Below, one piece after another: positions 33,565 to 42,094 of a stretch of 64,000 nucleotides of DNA; positions within the stretch are counted from its first letter, which is position 1, and the number at the start of each line of letters is the position of its first letter. The position numbers and the translations under genes were made by a program. Under the pieces are notes generated by a model, which saw only the letters and a list, made by a program, of their open reading frames with translations, did not search any database and was not told the DNA's origin. Origin of the DNA: a virus; IMG/VR virus record IMGVR_UViG_3300012980_000004, positions 1 through 64,000 of that record, one strand, 5' to 3'.

Positions 33565-33816
33565 TCAATTCGCTGTTGGCATCAAATTTTTCCATTGAGT
33601 CTTGAACTCAGGCAAACTATCCAACCAAGATTTCACTTGTTTGGCATCGCCTAAAGATTTGGTGATTTCTTGAGCCTTCATATGGATATGGCGCCGAGAT
33701 TCCTCGTCCCATATCCATGCTCCGTACGGGACTTTATCTACGACTACTCTGACATCCTGCTCAGGGTAGGACTCATGAAGCAAATCAGCAATCTTTTTCT
33801 TAGCAATTTCGAACAT
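33565..33816 (-). CDS. Hypothetical protein (83 aa)
   Basis: ORF track. Confidence 0.5.
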   Translation of the reverse strand: MFEIAKKKIADLLHESYPEQDVRVVVDKVPYGAWIWDEESRRHIHMKAQEITKSLGDAKQVKSWLDSLPEFKTQWKNLMPTAN

Positions 33817-33850
33817 TCTTTATATTCTACGTAACGAGGTTTCTCATTTA

Positions 33851-33924
33851 CGGAGTGTGGCTCAACCTGGTAGAGCACTCGGTTCGGGATCGAGGGATTA
33901 TGAGTTCAAATCTCATCACTCCGA
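33851..33924 (+). tRNA. tRNA-Pro(CGG)
   Basis: Acceptor CGGAGTG/CACTCCG. D-stem GCTC/GAGC. Loop TTCGGGA. T-arm ATGAG-TTCAAAT-CTCAT. Confidence 0.85.
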
Positions 33925-33929
33925 CAATT

Positions 33930-34002
33930 AGGCGCATAACTCAGCGGTAGCAGTGCCATTTTCACACGATGGAAGTCGGGGGTTCGAATCCCTCTGCGCC
34001 TA
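33930..34002 (+). tRNA. tRNA-Val(CAC)
   Basis: Acceptor AGGCGCA/TGCGCCT. Anticodon stem CCATT/GATGG, loop TTCACAC. T-arm GGGGG-TTCGAAT-CCCTC. Confidence 0.8.
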
Positions 34003-34518
34003 CTAAGACTCTTGAACAGCCATGATCACTGCCATGTTCCGAAGTTCTTCACTCATATTCCCAATTTCGGTTATGTAAGGTGGGATCTTGCAACAAAGTC
34101 CGTTATAGCCTTGACCTGGCTCTCCAGGGTCCCAATCCATCGTGAAGTACATTGCCAGATTCACAACAAAGACTGGGCCTTCATTACCAGTTACGATAGT
34201 GTCGCCGCGAATGGCGATTTGGAATCTTCCAGCAAACCCAGCCAACTTAATCAAAGACTCCATGCGTTCAATAATTGCTTGGTTTACGGCATCTTTAGAC
34301 GATCCGGAAATTTTAAATTCTGGAGGGATAAACCGTCTGCGTTTCGGGTTTGAAGCTCTAAGTTCAAAAATGGTATTTCCGTCTATATCAATTGAATAGA
34401 CAGGGAAGCTCCAACCAGCATTCAGATCATATGCTGGTATAGCTCCAGCTGAAAGGACTTCAGCATTGATCTTTACAACTTCGGCCTTATCAGCCGAAAT
34501 CCGATAAACATCGAGCAT
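34003..34518 (-). CDS. Hypothetical protein (171 aa)
   Basis: ORF track. Flanked on both sides by tRNA genes. Confidence 0.6.
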   Translation of the reverse strand: MLDVYRISADKAEVVKINAEVLSAGAIPAYDLNAGWSFPVYSIDIDGNTIFELRASNPKRRRFIPPEFKISGSSKDAVNQAIIERMESLIKLAGFAGRFQIAIRGDTIVTGNEGPVFVVNLAMYFTMDWDPGEPGQGYNGLCCKIPPYITEIGNMSEELRNMAVIMAVQES

Positions 34519-34523
34519 GTTAC

Positions 34524-34595
34524 GGGCCTAGATGGTCAGGTTGACCGGTTTTGCCTGATAAGCAGAATGGCGTGGTTCAATTCCACGTAGGCCCA
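34524..34595 (+). tRNA. tRNA-Ile(GAT), atypical D-arm
   Basis: Acceptor GGGCCTA/TAGGCCC. Loop CTGATAA on a stem extendable to 7 bp. D-arm GGTC-AGGTT-GACC. T-arm CGTGG-TTCAATT-CCACG. Confidence 0.7.
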
Positions 34596-34607
34596 CTATA
34601 CACTAAA

Positions 34608-35558
34608 TTACTGAGGAGGAGAATCCCAAGCCAGTAATCTACCCAGAGGAGCTAGGATTTCTTCAAAAATCAGATCGCCACGAGTCACAGCGATCATTCC
34701 CACTCGAGCGGCTGCTTCAGCCGTCAGGATGGCAGGAAAAATATACTTCGGAGGAGTAGATTCATACTTCACATTTACAGTCACTTGAAGGACTTGGTCC
34801 TTATCTAATGACCTCACGTGGAGTTCATCAGGTTCGTCACCTTGAAATACCATCTCACCCGAATAGAAAGCATCGGCAGTTGTAAAAGGCGTTGGTTCAT
34901 ACCACTTCTTCATCGGAGGAATAGGAGCCATATCTGGAGACAAGAAGTAAATAATGGATTCTCCAGAAGCTGTCCCAGACTCCAAAAGGTAGAAGCTCGG
35001 GGTACCCTGAGGGTCGTAATACCCGACGTAAGTGGCGACTGCGCCAAACCGAGCTCCATTGCTTCGAGCTGGTGTGATTAAATCCACTCGCTTGGGAGCC
35101 TGCGGTAGATCGTCCTTGAGTTTAAAAGCTACCTGCTCAATCGATTGGAATAAATGATCTTTCGGGTCGACCTCTCCAATAGATGTCGAGATTACTTTCG
35201 CATCTTCGTCTGTTTCCGCTAGAGAAACGCGGACCATCGGCAAGTGACTCGTAAAGCTGTGCTTCCCAGGGGTCACGACTCTAGAGTGAGTCGCGTGAGC
35301 AATATAATACTTGTGCCCATCTGGCTCGCAAGACACCATGAACAATTTGTTGAATTCGTCGATCTGAGTCGGATCCGGCTTCGGAGCCCCGAGAATTTTC
35401 TGGCAAGCATCATCATCGCACTTATTCCAAACGTTCAGAATTAGTGCGTCAACGTGATGATCTTGAATGCTAACACGGGCATCCGGGAAAGATATCTTGA
35501 TTAAATTGGCGAGTTTGAAATAAGTAACTGACGGCACGAAATCTTTGATATTGGCCAT
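34608..35558 (-). CDS. Hypothetical protein (316 aa)
   Basis: ORF track. No domain recognised. Confidence 0.65.
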   Translation of the reverse strand: MANIKDFVPSVTYFKLANLIKISFPDARVSIQDHHVDALILNVWNKCDDDACQKILGAPKPDPTQIDEFNKLFMVSCEPDGHKYYIAHATHSRVVTPGKHSFTSHLPMVRVSLAETDEDAKVISTSIGEVDPKDHLFQSIEQVAFKLKDDLPQAPKRVDLITPARSNGARFGAVATYVGYYDPQGTPSFYLLESGTASGESIIYFLSPDMAPIPPMKKWYEPTPFTTADAFYSGEMVFQGDEPDELHVRSLDKDQVLQVTVNVKYESTPPKYIFPAILTAEAAARVGMIAVTRGDLIFEEILAPLGRLLAWDSPPQ

Positions 35559-35561
35559 GAT

Positions 35562-35825
35562 TTACTCGCACTTCTGGGGTGTGGTCACAAGCTTGGCGCA
35601 AGAAACGCTAGCCGATTGGTCTTTCTCAGAATAGGAGACGCACTTATTGGTGGTTGCGCAAAAGGCACATTTGCCTTCCGCAGCACAGAGTCCACAATTC
35701 TTCTGCGAATTGCAGAAACTCGACCAATCTCCTGCATCGGCCATGGGTTCAGGGCGTGATGGAGACCCTGGGCATCCTACTAATACCATTGATGCCAATA
35801 GGACCAAAGATAGAATCAGCTTCAT
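35562..35825 (-). CDS. Cys-rich lipoprotein (PSI-like cysteine pattern)
   Basis: MKLILSLVLLASMVLVGC lipobox, then FCNSQKNCGLCAAEGKCAFCATTNKCV...SCAKL...KCE. Confidence 0.65.
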   Translation of the reverse strand: MKLILSLVLLASMVLVGCPGSPSRPEPMADAGDWSSFCNSQKNCGLCAAEGKCAFCATTNKCVSYSEKDQSASVSCAKLVTTPQKCE

Positions 35826-36018
35826 GTTTTTTCGGCTCCATTGGAGGCTTAGGTTCATCCGATATCTTGATCAAGCGACACTCGCATGTCACATACAAGG
35901 TACACGCATAGGTTATCTGACACGAAGGGCTTTGAGCATAACCTGGAACAGGAGACCCTTGATTGTAGAGGATCTTCAGGCCAGAACCTTTACAGAAAGG
36001 GCAAGGCTGGAGTAGCAT
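35749..36018 (-). CDS. Possible small protein with DnaJ-type CxxCxGxG motif
   Basis: MLLQPCPFCKGSG.... The 3' end overlaps the lipoprotein gene start in another frame. Uncertain. Confidence 0.3.
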   Translation of the reverse strand: MLLQPCPFCKGSGLKILYNQGSPVPGYAQSPSCQITYACTLYVTCECRLIKISDEPKPPMEPKKHEADSIFGPIGINGISRMPRVSITP

Positions 36019-36044
36019 AACTTATTATACCGAAATTAAGTAAA

Positions 36045-36117
36045 CGGGGTATAGCACAACCTGGTAGTGCACGGGCTTTGGGTGCCCGCCATTTCGGTTC
36101 AAATCCGAATACCCCGA
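36045..36117 (+). tRNA. tRNA-Pro(TGG)
   Basis: Acceptor CGGGGTA/TACCCCG. D-stem GCAC/GTGC. Anticodon stem CGGGC/GCCCG, loop TTTGGGT. Confidence 0.9.
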
Positions 36118-36121
36118 CTAT

Positions 36122-36195
36122 GGTGGGTGTACTCGTTTGGTAACGAGGGCAGTCTGTGAAACTGCGGAAGCTCGGTTCGATCCCGGCCACTCACC
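36122..36195 (+). tRNA. tRNA-His(GTG) with encoded G-1
   Basis: G-1 plus acceptor GTGGGTG/CACTCAC. Discriminator C. Anticodon stem GCAGT/ACTGC, loop CTGTGAA. CCA encoded. Confidence 0.85.
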
Positions 36196-36266
36196 CCATT
36201 TGTAGATTCCTGCCATCTCTTTGTAGATTTTCAGGTCAAGACTAGTTCAACCGTCTTTGGTGGTAC

Positions 36267-36746
36267 ATGATTGCTCGGACCAATAGAAATGGCGAGGTGG
36301 TAATCGACTCAGCTCGAGAACCCCTACTTATCTTGTTCAAGAGGATGAAGACGATTCTCCGACAGGACGAAAAGATTCAAGAGTCAGGGTTCACTAAATC
36401 TTACTTGCAACGAACTTTCCAACTGACGGCTCGTGAGGCAACGGACTTCATCAATTCTTTGGAGAAAGAGAAATGCCTGGGAACACGAGATAAGATTGAA
36501 AATGGGAAAGGATGGTACGAAAAGGCCTACGTCATCGTAAACCCTCCTCAGGCTCCAAGCTCTTACCGTCCACCGAACAAAGGGGAGCGGTTCGGATGGA
36601 AAAAGAAGAGTCGGATGAGTGGTAGCCAGCTCTGCGGGCGTTGTGGAGCCATCATTCAAGGAAGAGGCCGACACAACAAAAAAGAGATCGGCCACACTCG
36701 AGAAGTCTGCGACCTCTCGATGGTTCGGGTGATCCAAGACTACTAG
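36267..36746 (+). CDS. Protein with C-terminal zinc-ribbon/IMES-like module shared with 58197..58976
   Basis: C-terminus LCGRCGAIIQGRGRHNKKEIGHTREVCDLSMVRVIQDY, compared with TCARCGGIVKIRMRHGKKSPDHGLGKCNISMVEKIMAD. Confidence 0.65.
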   Translation: MIARTNRNGEVVIDSAREPLLILFKRMKTILRQDEKIQESGFTKSYLQRTFQLTAREATDFINSLEKEKCLGTRDKIENGKGWYEKAYVIVNPPQAPSSYRPPNKGERFGWKKKSRMSGSQLCGRCGAIIQGRGRHNKKEIGHTREVCDLSMVRVIQDY

Positions 36747-37222
36747 GTAGCGGGAGCTGCGGGTTTCCTTGGCAAAAGTAAATCCGCGAGCTCTTGTGGT
36801 AGACCCTTGAACGTTGAAATAGGCACGCGGATTACTAGTGCTTTCCCTGTCTCGTGCTGACAGTAACACACGAATCCAAGGGTCCGCTGGAATGAATCGT
36901 TATAAATGCGGAAGTGAGGATGTTCGCAATGGGCAGTGAACATTGTAGCTAATGTGTTCGCATCAGTGACGACAACATTTTCCGGCTCCAACGGTTTCCC
37001 GAATTTCGGGTATTGGTAGAGCTTCGCGTCTTCGAGCTCCGCAGTCCATGGTTCCTTCTCAAGGTCGCGTCCTTGAGGAACCTCAAAGAAACCGACAAAT
37101 CCTATGCATCCTGTCTCGGCATTGTCGAATGGGACAATTTGCTTGCCCTCTTTTCGCATCTTAACTTCCATCTCGGCGAGCTCGTCAGCGGTCTTGACCG
37201 GGATACCAATCAGCTTCTGCAT
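36743..37222 (-). CDS. Hypothetical protein (159 aa)
   Basis: ORF track. Convergent with 36267..36746 (4-nt overlap). Confidence 0.6.
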   Translation of the reverse strand: MQKLIGIPVKTADELAEMEVKMRKEGKQIVPFDNAETGCIGFVGFFEVPQGRDLEKEPWTAELEDAKLYQYPKFGKPLEPENVVVTDANTLATMFTAHCEHPHFRIYNDSFQRTLGFVCYCQHETGKALVIRVPISTFKGLPQELADLLLPRKPAAPAT

Positions 37223-37279
37223 TCAACACATTACCGAAAGGACTGAAATTATGGATACTCCAGATTGTGACGATATAAC

Positions 37280-37353
37280 GGGGCTGTAGAGGAGAGGCCG
37301 TCCTCGTCTGCCTGTCACGCAGAACATCGTGGGTTCGAATCCCATCAGTCCCG
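37280..37353 (+). tRNA. tRNA-Asp(GTC)
   Basis: Acceptor GGGGCTG/CAGTCCC. Anticodon stem TCTGC/GCAGA, loop CTGTCAC. Discriminator G. Confidence 0.85.
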
Positions 37354-37363
37354 CTGGCACGTA

Positions 37364-37397
37364 GGTTGGCCAAAGTAATACCAACCGGTTTTATTTT
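37364..37397 (+). terminator. Rho-independent terminator-like hairpin
   Basis: GGTTGG-ccaaagtaata-CCAACC followed by GGTTTTATTTT. Confidence 0.5.
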
Positions 37398-37456
37398 GGT
37401 CAGCTTACGGTAAGTCCGATTCTGGCGTTCGTCAGGTTCCCTGCCGTTCGCCGTCT

Positions 37457-37528
37457 GCCCTCGTGTGCATCAGGTGATGCAGCGCCGCTGTCTACGGCGT
37501 GAGGCCGGTTCGATTCCGACCGAGGGCG
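37457..37528 (+). tRNA. Second GTC-anticodon tRNA (Asp-like), T at position 37
   Basis: Acceptor GCCCTCG/CGAGGGC. D-stem TGCA/TGCA. Anticodon stem CGCCG/CGGCG, loop CTGTCTA. One T-stem mismatch. Confidence 0.65.
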
Positions 37529-37555
37529 CTATTGTACTGTGAAGTAGAGGTTGTC

Positions 37556-37777
37556 ATGGCTAAAAAAGGGTTTGCTGCGATGGATCCGAAACGAGTTCGT
37601 GAAATTGCCAGTCAAGGTGGGAAGGCAGCCCATGCTGCTGGTACGGCTCACGAATTCACACAAGAGGAAGCTCGAATTGCCGGTCGAAAGGGCGGATACG
37701 CTTCTCACGCCAAGAGGGCTGGGAAACCGGTTTCAGATGCTGAGGACACACGCAATCGTAAGATTGCTGGAGTCTGA
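37556..37777 (+). CDS. KGG-repeat general-stress protein (YciG/GsiB-like)
   Basis: MAKKGFAAMDPKRVREIASQGGKAAH...HEFTQEEARIAGRKGG. ATG 37556 has GAGG upstream, and this start clears the tRNA. Confidence 0.75.
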   Translation: MAKKGFAAMDPKRVREIASQGGKAAHAAGTAHEFTQEEARIAGRKGGYASHAKRAGKPVSDAEDTRNRKIAGV

Positions 37778-37782
37778 TGAAT

Positions 37783-37855
37783 GGGATCATAGCTCAGACG
37801 GGAGAGCGCTGCGTTCGCAATGCAGAGGTCGCGAGTTCGATTCTCGCTGATTCCA
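37783..37855 (+). tRNA. tRNA-Ala(CGC)
   Basis: Acceptor GGGATCA/TGATTCC with G3-U70. Loop TTCGCAA. Confidence 0.9.
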
Positions 37856-37980
37856 CTGGAGTGAGGTTACAGGGAGCAGTGAGCTTCCCAGGCCGAAAGC
37901 CTGACGTGAGTGCAGATAGGCGAATTACGCCGGAGTAACTTCAAATCAACTTCTTTTGCACGCAGGAGTTGGCTCCTACC

Positions 37981-38199
37981 ATGATAATAGAATGTAATGA
38001 TCCGGAATGTGTGGGGCTGCGGGTGAATATGAAAATTGATACACCCCATGCTTCGAAGTTCTTTCGTTCAAAAGTCACTATGCCTAATGGGACTTACTTC
38101 TATTTTGGCAGGTGTACCAGGCATTCTAAAGTAAATTCTGATACCACCGTTGAAGTCACATTTGAAGAGTGCATTATTGCGGGAGTAATGGAAACTTGA
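37981..38199 (+). CDS. IMES-tail family small protein
   Basis: MIIECNDPEC ... TFEECIIAGVMET. Confidence 0.55.
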   Translation: MIIECNDPECVGLRVNMKIDTPHASKFFRSKVTMPNGTYFYFGRCTRHSKVNSDTTVEVTFEECIIAGVMET

Positions 38200-38201
38200 T
38201 T

Positions 38202-38274
38202 GGGGCTGTAGCTCAGTTGGGAGAGCGCTTCCATGGCATGGAAGAGGTCGCCGGTTCGATCCCGGCTAGCTCCA
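38202..38274 (+). tRNA. tRNA-Ala(GGC)
   Basis: Acceptor GGGGCTG/TAGCTCC with G3-U70. Anticodon stem CTTCC/GGAAG, loop ATGGCAT. Confidence 0.9.
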
Positions 38275-38310
38275 CTAGTAAATCGGAGATTGTCTGCTGT
38301 AAACCCAATT

Positions 38311-38529
38311 ATGGCAGAATTCGAAGCTCCCTCTTTCGTCTATGACGGTATGGACGTATGGATTCCTTGGGATCGTTCCAAAGGAAGTGCCTTGAAATGC
38401 AAGGTGCTCGTTGCGGCTGGCAATATGGCACGAGTGTTCAACGAGTCCCATAAAGTAGACAAATGGATTCGAGTAGACGATCTTTTGGTCCCGACTGAGA
38501 AAGTTATCCAGAAGATTATGGAGTCGTAG
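38311..38529 (+). CDS. IMES-tail family small protein
   Basis: ATG 38311 clears the tRNA. Ends ...LLVPTEKVIQKIMES. Confidence 0.55.
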   Translation: MAEFEAPSFVYDGMDVWIPWDRSKGSALKCKVLVAAGNMARVFNESHKVDKWIRVDDLLVPTEKVIQKIMES

Positions 38530-38539
38530 GCCAACTAAC

Positions 38540-38851
38540 ATGGCTTGGACGTGGGCAGATGACGTGCAGTGCGGAATCCATAGTGGAATTGAACCGTGCT
38601 GTATTGCGTTCTATGTTTTAGTCTGGGATCGTATCCACGAAAGGAAGGATCCCAAACATCCGCTCAAATGGACTCGATATTTAGTTCGGAAGGCTAAGGT
38701 TTGGTATCGAAATCGGGTTAGGAGAAGGTCTTGGCAGCTCCAAAATCAATTCGATGGCGAACAATGGGTCGGATTCAATCATGTGCCCTGTCCTAGATGC
38801 TTTTGGGAAACCCGGATTATCCGCCTAAATAAATGCTCCTGCGGCTCGTAA
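38540..38851 (+). CDS. Cys-rich hypothetical protein (103 aa)
   Basis: CGIHSGIEPCC ... VPCPRCF ... NKCSCGS. Confidence 0.55.
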   Translation: MAWTWADDVQCGIHSGIEPCCIAFYVLVWDRIHERKDPKHPLKWTRYLVRKAKVWYRNRVRRRSWQLQNQFDGEQWVGFNHVPCPRCFWETRIIRLNKCSCGS

Positions 38852-38880
38852 ATCCCGGAATACCCGACGTAAGATAAGGT

Positions 38881-39816
38881 ATGGAAACCGACAAACTCGA
38901 TCGAGCTCTCCGCCCGCAGTCTCTCGCCGATTTCACTGGCCAGAAGCAGGTTGCTGAGAATCTCCAAGTCTTCATCGCAGGCGCGAAAGACCGTGGAGAG
39001 CCACTCGAGCATCTCCTATTCTGTGGAGGTCCGGGACTCGGAAAGACTACTCTGGCGGGCGTCGTGGCCTCCGAGATGAGCAGCCGACTGGTTACGGTCA
39101 ATGCCCCGTCGATCAAGACCAAGGCAGAGATGGCCAAAATTCTGCTTAGTCTGGAGCATGGCGATATCCTTTTCTTGGATGAAATTCATCGCCTCAAGGC
39201 TGAAATCCAGGAGATTCTCTATCCTGTAATGGAAGATTTCAAGCTTGAAATCGCGCAAGGCGAGGGAACTCTTCGGCTCGATCTCATGCCGTTCACGCTC
39301 ATTGGTGCCACGACCCATATGGGCCTCATCAGTGCTCCCATGCGCGACCGATTCGGCGACGTTTGCACCCTCGTTCCGTACACGACCGTGGAACTTGAGG
39401 CCGTCATCACCCGTTCGGCCATCATGCTCAACATGGTTCTCGAAGCCAGCGCTATCCGAGAGATTGCTCAGCGTTCTCGTTCGACGCCCCGAGTGGCACT
39501 CAAGCTCCTGCGCCGGATGCGAGACTACGCAGCGTTTCAGAACACTTGGTTGGTCACACACCAGATGACCAAGGACAGCTTCCAGAAACTCGGAATCGAT
39601 CAGCTCGGTCTAGACCAGACGAGCCGCAAGCTCCTTGGACTCCTGATCGAAAAGGGTCGCCCTGTGGGACTGAACACTCTGGCTTCGCTCCTCGGCGAGC
39701 AGGTCCAAAACATCGAAGAGGCTATCGAGCCATTTTTGCTCGCCCAGGGCTTCATCGAGAAAATGCCTGGAGGCCGAGTGGCGACGGACAAGGCACGCAA
39801 ACATCTGGCTGCGTAA
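38881..39816 (+). CDS. ruvB: Holliday-junction branch-migration ATPase RuvB
   Basis: LRPQSLADFTGQKQV...LLFCGGPGLGKTTLA (Walker A), ILFLDEIHRL (Walker B), LIGATTHMGLISAPMRDRFG, C-terminal winged helix. No ruvA nearby. Confidence 0.9.
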   Translation: METDKLDRALRPQSLADFTGQKQVAENLQVFIAGAKDRGEPLEHLLFCGGPGLGKTTLAGVVASEMSSRLVTVNAPSIKTKAEMAKILLSLEHGDILFLDEIHRLKAEIQEILYPVMEDFKLEIAQGEGTLRLDLMPFTLIGATTHMGLISAPMRDRFGDVCTLVPYTTVELEAVITRSAIMLNMVLEASAIREIAQRSRSTPRVALKLLRRMRDYAAFQNTWLVTHQMTKDSFQKLGIDQLGLDQTSRKLLGLLIEKGRPVGLNTLASLLGEQVQNIEEAIEPFLLAQGFIEKMPGGRVATDKARKHLAA

Positions 39817-40028
39817 TGCATGAATGGCGCGAAGAATCTTGGACTATGGTAAACTCAGCGAAATCTGGATATCGCTCAGTGAATCCTCCAACTTGGTATT
39901 GCCCGTTGTGTAAGACCATAATCAACAGTTGGACCGCTCCTCCATCCGATATGCCAGTTCGTTCTTCTAACGATGGCAATATTTGGACCTGCGAGGATAT
40001 TGTAATAGAACGAATCATGAAAGCATGA
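39816..40028 (+). CDS. IMES-tail family small zinc-ribbon protein
   Basis: TAATG overlap with ruvB. YCPLCK ... TCEDIVIERIMKA. Confidence 0.6.
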   Translation: MHEWREESWTMVNSAKSGYRSVNPPTWYCPLCKTIINSWTAPPSDMPVRSSNDGNIWTCEDIVIERIMKA

Positions 40029-40038
40029 TTCATGAACT

Positions 40039-40303
40039 GCCCCAGTTTCCCCGGAAGGGAAGCTCGAGAAACTGACACGGGTTGCCTCTATGAGGCTCGA
40101 TGATTTGCTATTGTAGCGCATCCATGGGCGATGTTCATGGAAGAGCGGACTCTGGTGAAGCAGACCACAAGGTTGCGGATGCACTGAGCTCTGCCTATTC
40201 AGGTAACTGGATAGGGTTTGGCCGATACCTGCCGGAGCAAGGAAGCGCAGTACCTAATAAGGTCTCTTGCATCGATGGACGGGTTCGACTCCCGTCTGGG
40301 GCA
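40039..40303 (+). ncRNA. 265-nt interrupted or expanded tRNA-like element
   Basis: Perfect 7-bp acceptor-type pairing GCCCCAG(40039-45)/CTGGGGC(40296-302). 5' side has TT plus a D-like hairpin TTCCC-CGGAA-GGGAA. 3' side has canonical T-arm ACGGG-TTCGACT-CCCGT. About 190 nt of structured sequence lie between. No anticodon arm assigned. Confidence 0.4.
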
Positions 40304-40633
40304 CTACGGGATGGGCTGCTTTAGTAATTCAAGATTACCAGGTTCCATAATGAGCCGTCGCAGCAAGAGTTCGCATTCAGAGTGCGAACGTTTGAAGTAT
40401 TTGATAGCAGAGATGAGACTCGTCATGCGCTTATCCCATTCATCAGCAGGGATGGTCGTCTTCTGCTTGTGAAGTTCAGATATCGCCAATTGCGCAAATC
40501 GAATGCGGTCTTCCATATCGTGGATTCGTTCCAGCAACACTTTCATCATTTCATCTCGCGTCATGGGCTTGGCACCCATGGGAGAACATTCGGATTCGCA
40601 TGCAATGCGCTCTGCGATCGCCAGGAAGTTCAC
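40304..40633 (-). CDS. Hypothetical protein (109 aa)
   Basis: ORF track. Helical-looking. Confidence 0.55.
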   Translation of the reverse strand: MNFLAIAERIACESECSPMGAKPMTRDEMMKVLLERIHDMEDRIRFAQLAISELHKQKTTIPADEWDKRMTSLISAIKYFKRSHSECELLLRRLIMEPGNLELLKQPIP

Positions 40634-40662
40634 AACTCAATGACTAATCAATGTCTTAATTC

Positions 40663-40735
40663 GCCGGTTAGGCCCAGGTAGCGGGGCACCTGTTTGGTAA
40701 ACAGGAGATGTGGGGTGCGATTCCCCAAACCGGCT
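40663..40735 (+). tRNA. tRNA-Thr(GGT)
   Basis: Acceptor GCCGGTT/AACCGGC. D-stem GCCC/GGGC. Anticodon stem CCTGT/ACAGG, loop TTGGTAA. T-loop TGCGATT. CCA encoded. Confidence 0.8.
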
Positions 40736-40753
40736 CCAACTGTAATATTGGAT

Positions 40754-41635
40754 ATGATGAAGAACCCCAACCCGAAAATGCTCGTCCGGATCGCTCAAGG
40801 CGATGCGTATGGGGTAGCTTGCGAGTACATCAAGTTCCCTCGAGACCAGGCGACTTACGATCAGGCTATGAAATTTGAGAGCTACGGAAAACATCCGACG
40901 CATAAGCTCGTTCCTGGTCAATACACGGACGACACTCAAATGTCTCTCGCCGTAGCAGAGACGCTCTTGTGGAAGGAAGACCCGACTCCGCCAGACTTTG
41001 CCGAAATGTTCTTCCGCTGCTTCAAGCGTGATTGGAGAGATGGTTATTCGAGAGGCTTCCAAGCAATTCTGGAGAAAGTCTCAAGCGCTGAGGAAATGAC
41101 TAGCGTGCTCAACCCGGACTCCGATAAGAATGGAGCGGCGATGAGGTCTGTTCCGATCGGAGTCCTTCCAAGTCCATATCATGTACTAAGTATCGCTTCG
41201 ATGCAAGCGAAGATCACGCACAACACTGAAGGAGGAGTCAATTCTTCAGTCCTGATCGCTATGTTGAGCCATTTCGCGCTCTATCATGACGAACCCTTCA
41301 TTGACTTCCCTAAATGGGTCAAGAAATATGGAGTGTCAGCTCCGATACCCATTTGGGATGGAAAGCCCGTGACTGGTCCAAACGTCGGGATGAACACTGC
41401 TCACGCAGTTTACACGTTGGTCAGTCGAGAAAAATCACTAATGGACATCGCTCGGCGAACCATTGAATGGGGCGGTGATACAGATTCCGTACTTTCACTG
41501 GCATGGGGAATCGCCAGTACACGAATGCAGGACGAAAAACTTCCGGAATTCTTCGACTCCGGGCTTGAGAATGGAACTTACGGTCGTACCTTCCTCGAAG
41601 GATTTGGTACGCGGCTTATGGAGAGATTTCAGTAA
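40754..41635 (+). CDS. ADP-ribosylglycohydrolase family protein
   Basis: AQGDAYGVACEY, GQYTDDTQMSLAVAE, EWGGDTDSVLSLAWG. ATG 40754 clears the tRNA. Confidence 0.8.
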   Translation: MMKNPNPKMLVRIAQGDAYGVACEYIKFPRDQATYDQAMKFESYGKHPTHKLVPGQYTDDTQMSLAVAETLLWKEDPTPPDFAEMFFRCFKRDWRDGYSRGFQAILEKVSSAEEMTSVLNPDSDKNGAAMRSVPIGVLPSPYHVLSIASMQAKITHNTEGGVNSSVLIAMLSHFALYHDEPFIDFPKWVKKYGVSAPIPIWDGKPVTGPNVGMNTAHAVYTLVSREKSLMDIARRTIEWGGDTDSVLSLAWGIASTRMQDEKLPEFFDSGLENGTYGRTFLEGFGTRLMERFQ

Positions 41636-41665
41636 CGAATATTAACTTAATTTCGAAATGAATGT

Positions 41666-41737
41666 GCGGGCGTCGCCAAGTGGTAAGGCGCTAGCCTTCC
41701 AAGCTAGCATTCGTGGGTTCGAATCCCATCGCCCGCT
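41666..41737 (+). tRNA. tRNA-Gly(TCC), second copy
   Basis: Acceptor GCGGGCG/CGCCCGC. Anticodon stem CTAGC/GCTAG, loop CTTCCAA. CCA encoded. Confidence 0.9.
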
Positions 41738-41761
41738 CCACTCTTTTTGTCACTTTAAAAT

Positions 41762-42019
41762 GTGACAACTGTAGTACATGACACGAACGAGTTGCAGTTT
41801 CTGCTCGATCAAGCCAATGCTATTAACGAGCCACATCTCGACCTGAGCAAGATCTTCGGGACCGAAAAGCCACTTTATGTGTCAGTCGATAATTTATTAA
41901 CCACCATCGCCAAAATTGATCAGCCTCAGGTATCGCTCCATTGGGATGGAAATAAGACACTTTCAGTCAAAAATATTGAAGATGGTGGCGTAGTGGCAAC
42001 TTTTGAGCTTAAATTCTAA
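41762..42019 (+). CDS. Hypothetical protein (85 aa)
   Basis: ORF track (GTG start). Confidence 0.45.
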   Translation: MTTVVHDTNELQFLLDQANAINEPHLDLSKIFGTEKPLYVSVDNLLTTIAKIDQPQVSLHWDGNKTLSVKNIEDGGVVATFELKF

Positions 42020-42022
42020 TTC

Positions 42023-42094
42023 GCGGGCAAAGCCAATCGGTTAGGCATCACGTTCCCAACGTGACATTGACGGGTTCAACTCCCGTCGCCCGCT
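42023..42094 (+). tRNA. tRNA-Gly(CCC)
   Basis: Acceptor GCGGGCA/CGCCCGC (7-66 mismatch). Anticodon stem TCACG/CGTGA, loop TTCCCAA. Confidence 0.8.

Noticed and set aside
40637-41062. 141-aa minus-strand ORF
   Set aside because: It is antisense to the ADP-ribosylglycohydrolase gene and to tRNA-Thr(GGT).
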